A stretch of DNA of 64,000 bases from Lingula anatina (Eukaryota; Animalia; Brachiopoda): the NCBI GenBank assembly GCA_051362555.1, contig CM120641.1, positions 15,252,001-15,316,000 on the forward strand, written 5' to 3'. Under the pieces are notes generated by a model, which saw nothing but the letters and a program-made list of their open reading frames with translations, had not been told where the DNA came from and did not search any database. Below, in pieces: positions 20,795 to 31,735 of this stretch; positions within the stretch are counted from its first letter, which is position 1; the number at the start of each line of letters is the position of its first letter. Both the position numbers and the translations under genes were made by a program.

Positions 20795-23700
20795 TAATTA
20801 TCTTTTAAGAGATTATTGTAAAGGATAGCAATCTATGGAAGTCATGTGGTCCGATGGCAAGTTAAGATTCCAGAATAATTGCTATAACCAATGTTTTGGT
20901 TTTAAAGTATTATATTTCTATGAGTTGTTTACAATATATTTATTTAGAAATATGGATCTCATATATGAAAAGTTGTTATCTCTTTAAGATTTAAAGACAA
21001 AGCTTAGTCATGCTTAAAGATGGTTTCCCTTTAAAATAGGACATTGAACTTAACCATATATCTTTCATGAAGACATTAGTGACTGAACGAAAAAGAGTCG
21101 AAGACTGCTTACTTGACATCTTTCTTTTTACTTTTACTTGTGTTCAAAAGCCCATCCTGGGTGTTATTGGAGGTCATTTCCTCTCTGTCTGAACTGCTTT
21201 GTGTTGCATCAGGGGAGCTAAGATTGACTTCACTGTATACATAGTGATCCTGTACAGAAGGTCCATTTGTAGAAGGAGCTGGTATCACAGTTGTATCCGA
21301 TTGCCTATTATTTCCCTTTGGTGCCTGTTTAGGGGATGTTAAAGTTACAAAATGTCCATTTTCGACACTCCGTTTCTTTTTCTTACAGCAGCAGTATAGA
21401 GCTGTCACCACAGTTGCTGCCATGGTGATAGTTGCAGCAGTTGCCATTACTGCTAAGATAAGTTCCCCAAGACTGAAATTCTGAAATATAGAGGGATGGT
21501 ATTCTTGTTGCATGGCAGCTGCTGCTGCCACTGTCTCATCTAATACTTGTGTTTCAGTATATTTGGAAGCTGTCTGGGTAATGTTTGTCTGGTTAGGTGG
21601 CAACAAGTTTTGTCCATTGGGCTCACTGGCAGTATTTGTTGTTAAAGGCCCAGAGCTGGCTACCTCTTGTGAGTCATTGTTGTCCCTGACATTTGACACA
21701 GAAGTTGCTGTGTGATCTATGATAGCATGTGCTGCACTGGCTTTCTCATATCTCACCGCAAATTTTAGACTTGCAGAAGAGTCTGTGAGAGTCTGCACAG
21801 AACTGTCTTTCACATGTGGTCTAACGAAGTTTCCGACTTTTGGAGCAGCAGGTGCTGTGACATTTGGCACATCATTTTTATCACTTGGAACATTATTCTC
21901 AAGTCTCAAGCCATTAAAATGTTTTTTAGACTCTGTGTAGTATATCCTTGAAATGATCTGAGTTGTCTCTGTCTGCAAAGATGCAGTTGTCCTGTCCTGT
22001 GACGTATATATGTGAAATTGGTGAGTGATCTTCAATCCGTCTACTTGTACAGTGCCCAGAGCTATAGGCTCTGTGCTTTTTACAGTTGATGCTCTCTTTG
22101 ATGCAACAGCCACAGGCTTTTCATATTCCTTTTCAACTTTTTGCCCCGTTGCAGCAAAGGCTCCCAGTTTAATATGCTGCTGTCTTGCTCTTGACTTCCC
22201 TACAGGTGTCCAGTAATAACTTGATGTCACCGCAGTGTGATCCTCATGTCCCGTCTCATTTTTCATGTAATCACTAGTTAATATATGTCCTCTGTTAGCT
22301 GAATCAAGGGTCCCAGGTCCTGCGCTTCCATTATGTTTTTCTAGACTATAATTTAATCCTGGAGCTGAAGTGCTCATTCTGACCTTATCTCTGAGGCCAT
22401 CTTGCAGTTGTGTACTGGTGCCTTGGTTAGCATGCCTCCATGTCTGAGAGGGTGCTTGGAGGGGTGTCTGGTCTGTACTGATGGTCACCAGGGTCAGTAA
22501 CAGGTACACTGGCCAGGCCAACCTTAACATAGTCGTAGACACATAGGAAGTGGTCAGGCAGATGGTGTGAAATTTAATTCTACTAATGCGGCTGATCTAC
22601 AACTGTACCAGGCTATGCTGCTTGATCTCTGTCATATCAACCTCATTATATTCCATGTTTTGCTATGTATCAATACCATTAATCTGGAGGATAAGACACG
22701 AAGAATGTTCTCCACTTTTTAAGCCTCTCAGCATACCTTATAATTCCCACAAAGTATGCTAGCGTACCTTAGTCATTCACAGCATTGTCTACTTTGTTTT
22801 TCATTTTTTTCCAATGGCAGAATCCATCCACATTCCATGTTGTTTAAGGGAGCCTTAGAATATCTGTCTTGATATCATTGTGACCATCTCCCTACCAGCT
22901 GGGTTGCAAATAAAACGTGCACATTTGGTCCATAATAACTCCGCCCTGTGCAACAGGTGGCACAGCATAAAATACTTGCTGATTGAAATTAGGACTAAGT
23001 TATGCATAATTAATATAATGTAAACTCTGCATGTTGTGTTGTCTGCTAAATTTATCATATTTGATGTCATATATGTTGAAGAATACAGTCTTTGTGATTT
23101 TTATGTAAAGACAGCATGTCAGGGCAAGTGCAGATAAACTCCCCTTTTTAAGCAGATGCTGAAGAGCATTCTCCCTCTTCCCCCCTCCTCCGGTTCTCAC
23201 TCTAGAGATTCTAAATTTGCCCCAGGCATAAATCTGTGACACATATTGACTCTGTTAGTGCATATGTTGTGGAATAGTACCATGTATTTTTTGTGTATCA
23301 AGAAAGAAATTATGCCCAAGGCAGGTGTTCATTTTTGATAGCATTTAAGACCAATCCCTTTGTGGTTTGTGGCATGAAGGACCACATTAAGGAAAAGTCT
23401 CTCTGCACTGACAACAAATTAAGTCATTATGTCTGAGATCAACAGTATTTTTAGTTTATTATTTGTTTACTATGGATGTGCCCAACCCAAAATTTTATAT
23501 TAGCTATCAGGAACATTTGAATGATTACAATTTTTTTTTTTTTTGTTAGATACCACTGTCAGGGGGATGTCACTAACATTCATTTCTTATATGTATGCCA
23601 TAAAGAAAAATAAGTCCATTGTAAAATTAACGTTTTTATTCTCAGTTATCAAAGCAATCAAACATGTCACAGCAAAAGAATATCCCACAAAAACAGCTGT

Positions 23701-26700
23701 TCCTTTTGATTAACATTATATTCAAAGTGAATTGTAGTAGAAATACATTAATTTCAAGTGACAATCATTATTCAGTCTGTCAAACAGATAACAAGTTTGT
23801 CAGTTGGTTTAATTTTCATATCATGCAGTAAATAAAGGGTCTCAGTGTTTTTTCTGCAATTAAATGCTTACCTGGATTAGAAAGAGAGAATAGTTAGTTA
23901 CTCAAGATAACAGTAAATCTTTGGTGGTTTTTAGGAAGCACCTCACATCTTTGAAACATACTTTTTACCAAAAGTTTGAAGAACAGCTGGCATTGGTATA
24001 GTTTGGATAGCTGCTCCAGTGAGCTACACAATTACAAAACTGAAAATGATGGTGTACCCCAAAACACTGCTTTCATACCTGATACTTTCATCATAGATTT
24101 TGAGAAGACCTGGTATAAGTTTATAGTTTTGAGTTTGTACTTGTATTCTAACTGCCATAGAGAGAGGTCAACCACTAAAACACTGAAGGAAAATGTGACA
24201 ATGGTGAATTTTTAATAAATTTGATAAGCAATTTCAATAGAGTACAAAGGATCTGTCACTTTTTATGTACAGACACAGATGTGTCTGTACATATTGCCAT
24301 CACCTGCGTCTGTCGTCGCCGATCATGTCGCCGTCGCCGTCGCCGTGCACTTTCAGCGTTAACACCATAAGTGGAAGACAGTTTTACTTTTTGGCTTTAT
24401 ATTTACAGAGCTGACTAATATTCATAAAACGCAGGTCAAGTTCGAAAATCAGCATGATCGGGCCATTATTGTAGAATTTATGCTGTTTTTTCACTTTTTA
24501 GCATATATGCAACACTGTTAACACATTTCAAGGAAAACCGATAGGCCTGTTGTCATGAAACTCACAGGAGTAATCAATCTTACTAAGACTCAGATCAAGT
24601 TCGAAAATCGGCATGATCGGGCCACTATTTTAGTAGTTATGCTGTTTTTTTCACTTTTTAGCATATATGCAACACTGTTAACACATTTCAAGGAAAACCG
24701 ATGGGCCTGCTGTCATGAAACTCACAGGAGTAATCATTCTTACTAAAACACAGGTCAAGTTCAAAAATCAGCATAATCAGGCCATTATTTTATAAGTTAT
24801 GCTGTTTTTTCACATTTCCTCAGATTCAATTCTTAGGCATGTTAACAGTCTCATTATTTAACTAATAAGATTCGCAAAAGTGTTTGTTTGACATTTCCTG
24901 CATCTTTACAACATTGTTAGTTGATTATGTAAAAAATGATGGTAAACTTGGTATCATGTATTGTATAATAGAGTTTCAAAAATGGAAATAAACTCATATC
25001 ATTGCAGTTTGTCAGATTTAATCATTCACTATGTTCAGAAACTCCTAATGGAGGAAATTGGACATTAAACACTGTTCTATTGATATTTTTCCCATCTCAT
25101 CAATTTTCTTAGTTGATCATATAAAAATGGCAGTAAATTGTTAATTTTGTTATATGTAAAAAAAATTGTTAAAAATGGAAAAAAACACATTTCAGGACAG
25201 TGCTGTCTTGTCTACATTTTGGCATTTTCAAGGTGTGACTTTGAAGTTCCATGGGCCTGAAGACCTTTGCTAGGCACATTTTCTGAATATCCATGATATT
25301 AATATTTTATTATTAAAAACTGATGGTTATTATCCTGTTAAACATTATGTAATATTGCATCAAAATTTGAAGAAACCCCTATTTTGGACACTGCCCTCAT
25401 GATGACCATTTAAGGAAAACCATGTCACTTCTCAAACTTACAGGAAGAAACATGGGACTTAAATAAAGCCTCAGTGGGCAATGTAGTCTATTTGGTAAAT
25501 TATTCTGGCAGTTAATCAGTCTTTTGTGAAAAATTAATTTTTCACATATTGGCATTTTCAAGGTGTGACTTAGAACCTCCATGGGCTCTAAGACCCATGC
25601 TAGTCACATTTTCTGAAAATCCATGATACGGATCTTTTATTATTAACAAGGCAGCAAAGCTGTCAAATGTACAGACAAAAAGCAGACAATAACAATGCAC
25701 AAAACAGGCTACTGTCAATTCTGATGCAAAAGTACATTATGCTTAACTGCAAATTCAACATCAAATTTTAATTATGCTCAACAGGTAATACCAATGTAAG
25801 TGAAATGTGTAACAAGCTTAAGGCTTCAGGCCCATGGGAGTTTAAGTTCACACTTTGAAAATGCCAGAATGAGAAAAATGAAAATTTCACATAAAACTGC
25901 TTAAATTCAATAATAAATGATAACCCATTTGAGCTGGCTTTCTAATTTGAACTGCATGCCAATCCTACAAATCATACTTGTAAGTTGAAAATAATAATAA
26001 GTAACATAGTTTTCTTTTCATAATGTTTGTAGTAGCAGTGCAAAAAGATTTTTGTCAATCTTGATGTAACATTACATAATAAATTACAGAATAATTATCA
26101 CCAATTTTTGATTATTGACTATAAATAGCATGGACATGTAGAAAATTTGATTACCATTTGGCTTCATGTCCATGGGAGCTTCGAGTCCCACAATGAATAT
26201 GCCAACATGATAAAAATGAATATTTCACTAAAATGTATAACTTTCAGAAAAAGAAGCCAATTAGACTGCTTTTCCAACTCAGGCTGCATTTTAGTCCTTT
26301 GTTTCTTTTTTGAAAGTTTGACAATCATAAGTAACATGGTTTTCCCATAATGGTCATCATGGCAGCAGCACCCGTGTTTTCTTCTATTTTAATGCAATAT
26401 TACATAATGCTTAACAGCATAATGACCATCAGTTTTTAATAATAAAAGATCCGTATCGTGGATTTTCAGAAAATGTGATTAGCATGGGTCTTCAAGCTCG
26501 TGGAGGTTCTAAGTCACACCTTGAAAATGCCAATATGTGAAAAATTAAATTTTCACAAAAAACTGATTAACTGCCAGAAAAATTTACCAAATAGTCTGCA
26601 TTGCCCACTGAAGCTTTATTTAAGTCCCATGTTTCTTCCTGTAAGTTTGAGAACAGTAAGTGACATGGTTTTCCTTAAATGGTCATCATGGGAGCAGTGT

Positions 26701-29700
26701 CCAAAATAGGGGTGTCTTCAAATTTTGATGCACTATTATATAATGTTTAACAGGATAATTACCATCAATTTTTAATAATAAAATATTAGTATCATGGATA
26801 TTCAGAAAATGTTCCTAGCAAAGGTCTTCAGGCCAAAGGAACTTCAAAGTCACACCGTGAAAATGCCAAAATGCAGACAAGACAGCACTGTCCTGAAATG
26901 TTTTTTTTTCCATTTTTAACAATTTTTTAACATATAACAAAATTAACAATTTACTGCCATTTATATATGATCAACTAAGAAAATTGATGAGATGGGAAAA
27001 ATATCGATAGAACAGTGTTTAATGTCCAATTTCCTCCATTCTGAGTTTCTGAACATAGTCAATGAATGAATCTGACAAACTGCAATGATATGAGTTTATT
27101 TCCATTTTTGAAACACTATTATACAATACATGATAACAAGTTTACCATCATTTTTACATAATCAACTAACAATGTTGTAAAGATGCAGGAAATGTCAAAC
27201 AAACACTTTTACGAATCTTATTAGTTAAATAATGAGACTGTTAACATGCCTAAGAATTGAATCTGAGGAAATGTGAAAAAACAGCATAACTTATAAAATA
27301 ATGGCCCGATTATGCTGATTTTCGAACTTGACCTACGTTTTAGTAAGATTGATTACCACTGTGAGTTTCATGACAACAGGTCTATCGGTTTTCTTTGAAA
27401 TGTGTTAACAGTGTTGCACATATGCTGAAAAGTGAAAAAAACAGCATAACTACTAAAATAGTGGCCCGATCATGCTGATTTTCGAACTTGACCTGCGTTT
27501 TAGTAAGATTGATTACCCCTATGAGTTTCATGACAACAGGCCTATCGGTTTTTATTGAAATGTGTTAACGATGTTGCATATATGCTGAAATGTGAAAAAA
27601 AAAGCATAAATACTACAATAATTGCCCAAACATGCTGATTTTCGAACTTGACCTGCGTTTTATGAATATTCATCAGCTCTGTAAAAATAAAGCCAAAAAG
27701 TAAAACTGTCTTCCACTTATCGTGTTAACGATGAAAGTGCACGGCGACGGCGACGGCGACATCGACGGCGACAGGGACGGCGACGACAGACGCAGGTGAT
27801 GGCAATATGTACAGACACATCTGTGTCTGTACATAAAAACTGATGGTTATATGCTGTCAAGCATTATGTAATATTGCATTAAAATAGAAGAAAACACAAT
27901 TTTGGGTGCTGCTGCCATGATGACCATTATGGGAAAACCACGTTACTTATGATTGTCAAACTTTCAAAAAAGAAACAAAGGACTAAAATGCAGCCTGAGT
28001 TGGAAAAGCAGTCTAATTGGCTTCTTTTTAGTGAAATATTTATTTTTATCATGTTGGCATATTCATTGTGGGACTCGAAGCTCCCATGGACATGAAGCCA
28101 AATGGTAATCAAATTTTCTACTTGTCCATGCTATTTATAGTCAATAATCAAAAATTGGTGATAATTATTCTGTAATTTATTATGTAATGTTACATCAAAA
28201 TTGACAAAAATTTTTTTGCACTGCTACTACAAACATTATGAAAAGAAAACTGTGTTACTTATTATTATTTTCAACTTACAAGTATGATTTGTAGGATTGG
28301 CATGCAGTTCAAATAAGAAAGCCAGCTCAAATGGGTTATCATTTATTATTGAATTTAAGCAGTTTTATGTGAAATTTTCATTTTTCTCATTCTGGCATTT
28401 TCAAAGTGTGAACTAGTACTCCCATGGGCCTGAAGCCTTACTCTTGTTACACATTTCACTTACATTGGTATTACCTGTTGAGCATAATTAAAATTTGATG
28501 TTGAATTTGCAGTTAAGCATAATGTACTTTTGCATCAGAATTGACAGTGGCCTATTTTGTGCATTGTTATTGTCTGCTTTTTGTCTGTACATTTGACAGC
28601 TTTGCTGCCTTGTTTTAAGTTTTCCATTTTGTTTTAATTGCAGCCCTTGGTGAAGTTTAAAAGCCATCTTTACTACGAGGAGAAGGACAATGTACAAGAC
28701 ACTGAGAAGAATCTAAAGCCAGCAGTTGGAAGCAAGGTGAGAAGCTTGGCTAAATAACATGTTCAATGACAAGAAAGCACCTATACATATAACGATGAAG
28801 CAAATCAGTAGCAACTTGGTTAAGATCTTTTGAGTAACATAAAACATTTATTGAATGGTACATGTTTTGATAATAAACCTATTGGTTATTTTTAACCTTG
28901 CACTTTTTGCTTTAAATTTTGACATTATATGATGAAAAAGGATGATGCTTTTACTGGTGCATTGTTTTCAATGAAATTTTACTTTTTAACCCTAGTTGAT
29001 AATGTTCAAGAATGGAATCAGTCAGGGGGTGGCGTGGACGGATATACATGAAGCCAGCTACTACCCGTGTATTTCCTTGTACAAGAATGCTACAGTAAGT
29101 AAAGGTCTCATAGCTTTGTGTGCATGGACATAAGATTTGGAAAAAAAATACTTGAGGCAGACTGAATTTTAAAATGTTGTCATAAGGGTTCACTGTGAAT
29201 AATGACATTTACACAACAAATGAAATCGTTTTTGTAAGCACTTTTACAAGTAGTACAGTAAGAGGACTGCTCTGCTTTCTTATAAGTAAACATGGCAGGC
29301 TTGTGAGCTAACTGACAGTCAGTGATTCTGATTTTTTAAAGTAAAAAAGATCATAGAATTTCTTATTACAACTGCTCTTCTTATTTCATTGCCCAAACTT
29401 CATTTGTTTATTTGTAGGTTACCCTAAACTTTGGTCCAGATTTTAAATACCCACCCAAGGATTTGGAGAACTTCCAACCAGTATGTGTCAGGCTGTCAAT
29501 TTTTACAGCCATTTTTAATTGACTTATAATGACATCCAAGATACTTGGTTAAGTTTGGACAATAGCTTAAATATGCATCAATCCTGAAAGATTTCCTATT
29601 CTGGAATTGCATCAAATTTAATCATCCTGAGGAAAAAAATTTAGATTGAACATTTTTGACTTTGGGGCATATTCAAACACATTTAGTGTACCTTTAAACA

Positions 29701-29864
29701 AAGTGCTTGTTAACAGAGAATGGCTTTGTGAAAATTTAATTCTCATCTTATACATTCCATTATTGCAGATCTCAGCAGCAGCAGAGGATGCAGTCATAGA
29801 AAATACACTCTCAGAAATTCTTTACCATGTAGAAAATGAAGGCAAGCACCCGGACTTTTTGTAG
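9063..29864 (+). CDS. ASH2L: Set1/COMPASS histone methyltransferase subunit ASH2 (PHD-like, winged helix, SPRY, DPY30-binding), 17 exons
   Basis: Exons 9063-9094, 9504-9632, 9841-9930 ([14 protein letters not shown]), 10286-10374 ([12 protein letters not shown]), 10608-10688, 11011-11106, 11410-11481, 12012-12081, 12327-12405, 12570-12787 ([26 protein letters not shown]), 13358-13435 ([26 protein letters not shown]), 13936-14025, 14324-14517 ([25 protein letters not shown]), 28644-28736 ([15 protein letters not shown]), 28996-29094, 29418-29480 ([12 protein letters not shown]), 29769-29864 ([12 protein letters not shown]..stop). All phases are consistent. Confidence 0.96.
15234..22530 (-). 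CDS. Uncharacterised type I single-pass membrane protein (signal peptide, S/T-rich mucin-like ectodomain, TM, long disordered cytoplasmic tail), nested antisense in ASH2L intron 13
   Basis: Exon 21113-22530 ([19 protein letters not shown]...; [28 protein letters not shown] followed by KKKKR) ends at a GTAAGC donor in phase 2. It joins in frame to exons 18789-18957, 18213-18349, 17955-18060, 17616-17708 and 17138-17432. Tentative further exons are 16795-16894, 16476-16526, 15539-15656 and 15234-15332 (ends ...KGATLV*, with AATAAA just downstream). The model is about 861 aa; the last four exons are less certain. Confidence 0.7.
16585..16652. repeat. (TA)n microsatellite; similar tracts at 17560-17611, 47643-47674, 49030-49092 and 53176-53228
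   Basis: Direct reading of the sequence. Confidence 0.95.
19760..20009. mobile_element. ~250-bp near-perfect palindromic MITE (hairpin)
   Basis: AGGCTTC...ACTGGCAGCGCAAGCCAGTTAC mirrors GTGACTGGCTCGCGCTGCCAGT...GAAGCCT along nearly the full length, with TTA/TTAA flanks. Confidence 0.88.
20633..20983. mobile_element. MITE with TTAA target-site duplication (Kolobok-like), copy 1, opposite orientation to copies 2 and 3
   Basis: TTAA|AGGGATAACAGC ... GTTGTTATCTCT|TTAA. The internal CCCATACTTAACAATGGTTAATGAATC is the reverse complement of the sequence at ~53640 and ~57205. Confidence 0.75.
24425..24815 (+). repeat. ~160-bp tandem repeat (about 2.4 units) inside the Helentron-like element; mirrored at ~27275-27665
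   Basis: (G/A)TCAAGTTC(G/A)AAAATC recurs at ~24435, ~24594 and ~24754. Confidence 0.85.
25645..27839 (-). mobile_element. Complete inverted copy of the same Helentron/HINE-like element, inserted inside the outer copy
   Basis: Starts AACAAGGCAGCAAAGCTGTCAAATGTACAGACA (reverse complement of the 3' end at 28582-28614) and ends TGTACAGACACATCTGTGTCTGTACATAAAAA (reverse complement of the 5' end at 24260). ORFs 25397-25582/26500-26709 and 26147-26350/27927-28112 are mirrored duplicates. Confidence 0.85.
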
Positions 29865-30375
29865 TAAAAGACATGAACAAAACAAATGCAGCCATCAAGA
29901 CTTTTTGTAGTCAGTTGAAAATGAAGATTACATATTCCTGTAGGCACTTTTGCACACGTCATTGGTATTGGACATTTCAGTGAATTCAGGGTTAAATTGT
30001 GACATTAGTTTAATCAAGCTGCAAATCTCCACTAAGTCATGTCAAGTTTGTATAATTTGAAAGAAAGTGGTGACAATCAAAATCTGTTTATTGCAACAGA
30101 TAACATATGATAAGGTATACTTGAATATTACATTAAAAATAATGCTGAATTGTAAACAATATCTTAAAACTTAAACGTGAAAACCATTTTAATAATATAT
30201 TGCAAGTTTGGTATATCAGGATCAAAATTATCATTCCAAATATGTTACAAAATTTTAGTTCACATTTTGCTGTATTTTAGAAAGACTAGACAAGAAGACC
30301 AAATTCTGAATTGGTGACATGATATATGTTCAGTCTCTATTTAAGATAGTTCTGAATAACCACATTTTATTGTAC

Positions 30376-31031
30376 TAGACCTACCCAACTACCAGACTCG
30401 GCACCAAAGGGTCCAAAATTCACCATTAGATCGGATAATGCTATCCGTTTTCATGGTGTGTATCAGTATGCACTTCGAAGTATCAGACACGACGCCATCT
30501 TGCCTGGTACACAATGTGATAGCGATGATTCTGAGTGGGATTGGAAAGTAGTGCGTCTCATCAAGATTCATGCACTTCTGCTATTTTTCCCTGTTTTATG
30601 TAATAAATCAAACAATACCGTGACTTTTTAACATTTAAGTTTAGGTTTGGACATAACCATCTATGTTATGCAGTTTTTCTTGTGAAAATACAAATAGATG
30701 TGTATATTCTCACTTAGCTAGAAATTCATCATAACAATTTTAACATATAATCATTTGCTTTAGCTAGAAATTCGTCATAACAATTTTAACATATAATCAT
30801 TTGCTTTACTGTTAAAAAAATAAATCAGACGTTACCTGCTAAAATGATTTGATTTTTTTCATCGGCTACACCTGTCATATCGTTGTATTCTTACGACTCT
30901 TATTTGAGGAAAATGAGGGTATGATACTGTGAAATGCGTACTGATATGCACCTTGAAAACAGGTAGCGTGATCCGATCTACCGGTGAATTCAGGATCATT
31001 CAGTGCTGAGTCTGGTATTTGGGTAGGCCTG
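30376..31031. mobile_element. MITE with ~110-bp imperfect TIRs and a 5-bp TSD (TGTAC), between the ASH2L and GGPS1 3' ends
   Basis: TGTAC|TAGACCTACCCAACTACCAGACTCGGCAC... pairs with ...GTGCTGAGTCTGGTATTTGGGTAGGCCTG|TGTAC. Contains an internal ~46-bp tandem duplication at ~30715-30808. Confidence 0.75.
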
Positions 31032-31735
31032 TGTACTTACCACCCATTTTTAGAGAATAACAAAGTGATAACAGGACTTCATTGTTGAAGTCAAGTGTTC
31101 ACTGACTTTTTAACTTAAAAAAAATATGAAGTTGAAACTAAAATAGTTGAAGTTGGAAAACTTTTGTTTTTAACTTTAAAAAAACTGTAAATAGTAAATA
31201 TGGAGTTAAAACTAAAATAGCTGAAGTTGGAAAATTTTGAAGGCAATCTTGCTGTCTTACAAGAAAAAGATTTGAACCTAATAGTACCTGTGGAAGGTTG
31301 TATTGGCCTCAGTTTGCAAAATATTAGAAGGTTAATTCTATGTTCTGTAGACCTGCTTGGCTGTACAACAGGTAAAAATGGCATATTTGGTCCTTAGTTA
31401 AACACTACGAGTACATTTCATGAAGACATGTACCTCAATTGTATGGGATGCTCTCATCCTACATTGTAAAATAAATATATTACTTTTTTTTTCAGTTCTT
31501 TATTATAAAACCTGTTATATTCTGTCACAAAATTTTGTTTCTTTTATACTAATAAACAGTTGCTTTGGTGACTTTTGGTTCCCTTTGTGCCAATAAGACA
31601 TTTTAGTACTTATTTCTTGGCCTCTCCTTTTCAGACACAAAGAGGTAGTGAACTGAAGACTGACAGAGGGTATGTGATGCAGATATTGCACTTGCTCCCT
31701 GCTGGAATAATTTAATGTTAGTTTGATTTCCTTCA

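Larger units (their letters stand above)
24260..28614 (+). mobile_element. Non-autonomous Helentron/HINE-like element (~2.2 kb), outer copy split into 24260-25646 and 27835-28614
   Basis: 5' T-run plus hairpin ATGTACAGACAC-AGAT-GTGTCTGTACAT, a (GTCGCC)n microsatellite, internal ~160-bp and ~330-bp tandem repeats, and a 3' subterminal TGTCTGTACAT plus short stem-loop CAGCTTTGCTG and TTGTT. No coding capacity. Confidence 0.8.

Noticed and set aside
21109-22542. The 477-aa ORF as a stand-alone single-exon gene, separate from the ORFs at 17121-19013
   Set aside because: A phase-compatible donor and acceptor chain joins them into one gene; the GTG start is unlikely and the ATG at 22530 begins the signal peptide.
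24425-24815. Regularly spaced repeats as a CRISPR-like array
   Set aside because: Whole units repeat without unique spacers, the context is eukaryotic, and no cas genes are present.
25397-28697. Duplicated short ORFs (MEVLSHTLK..., MITIWLHVH...) as a paralogous gene pair
   Set aside because: They are by-products of the inverted transposon copies and carry indels; no coding signal.
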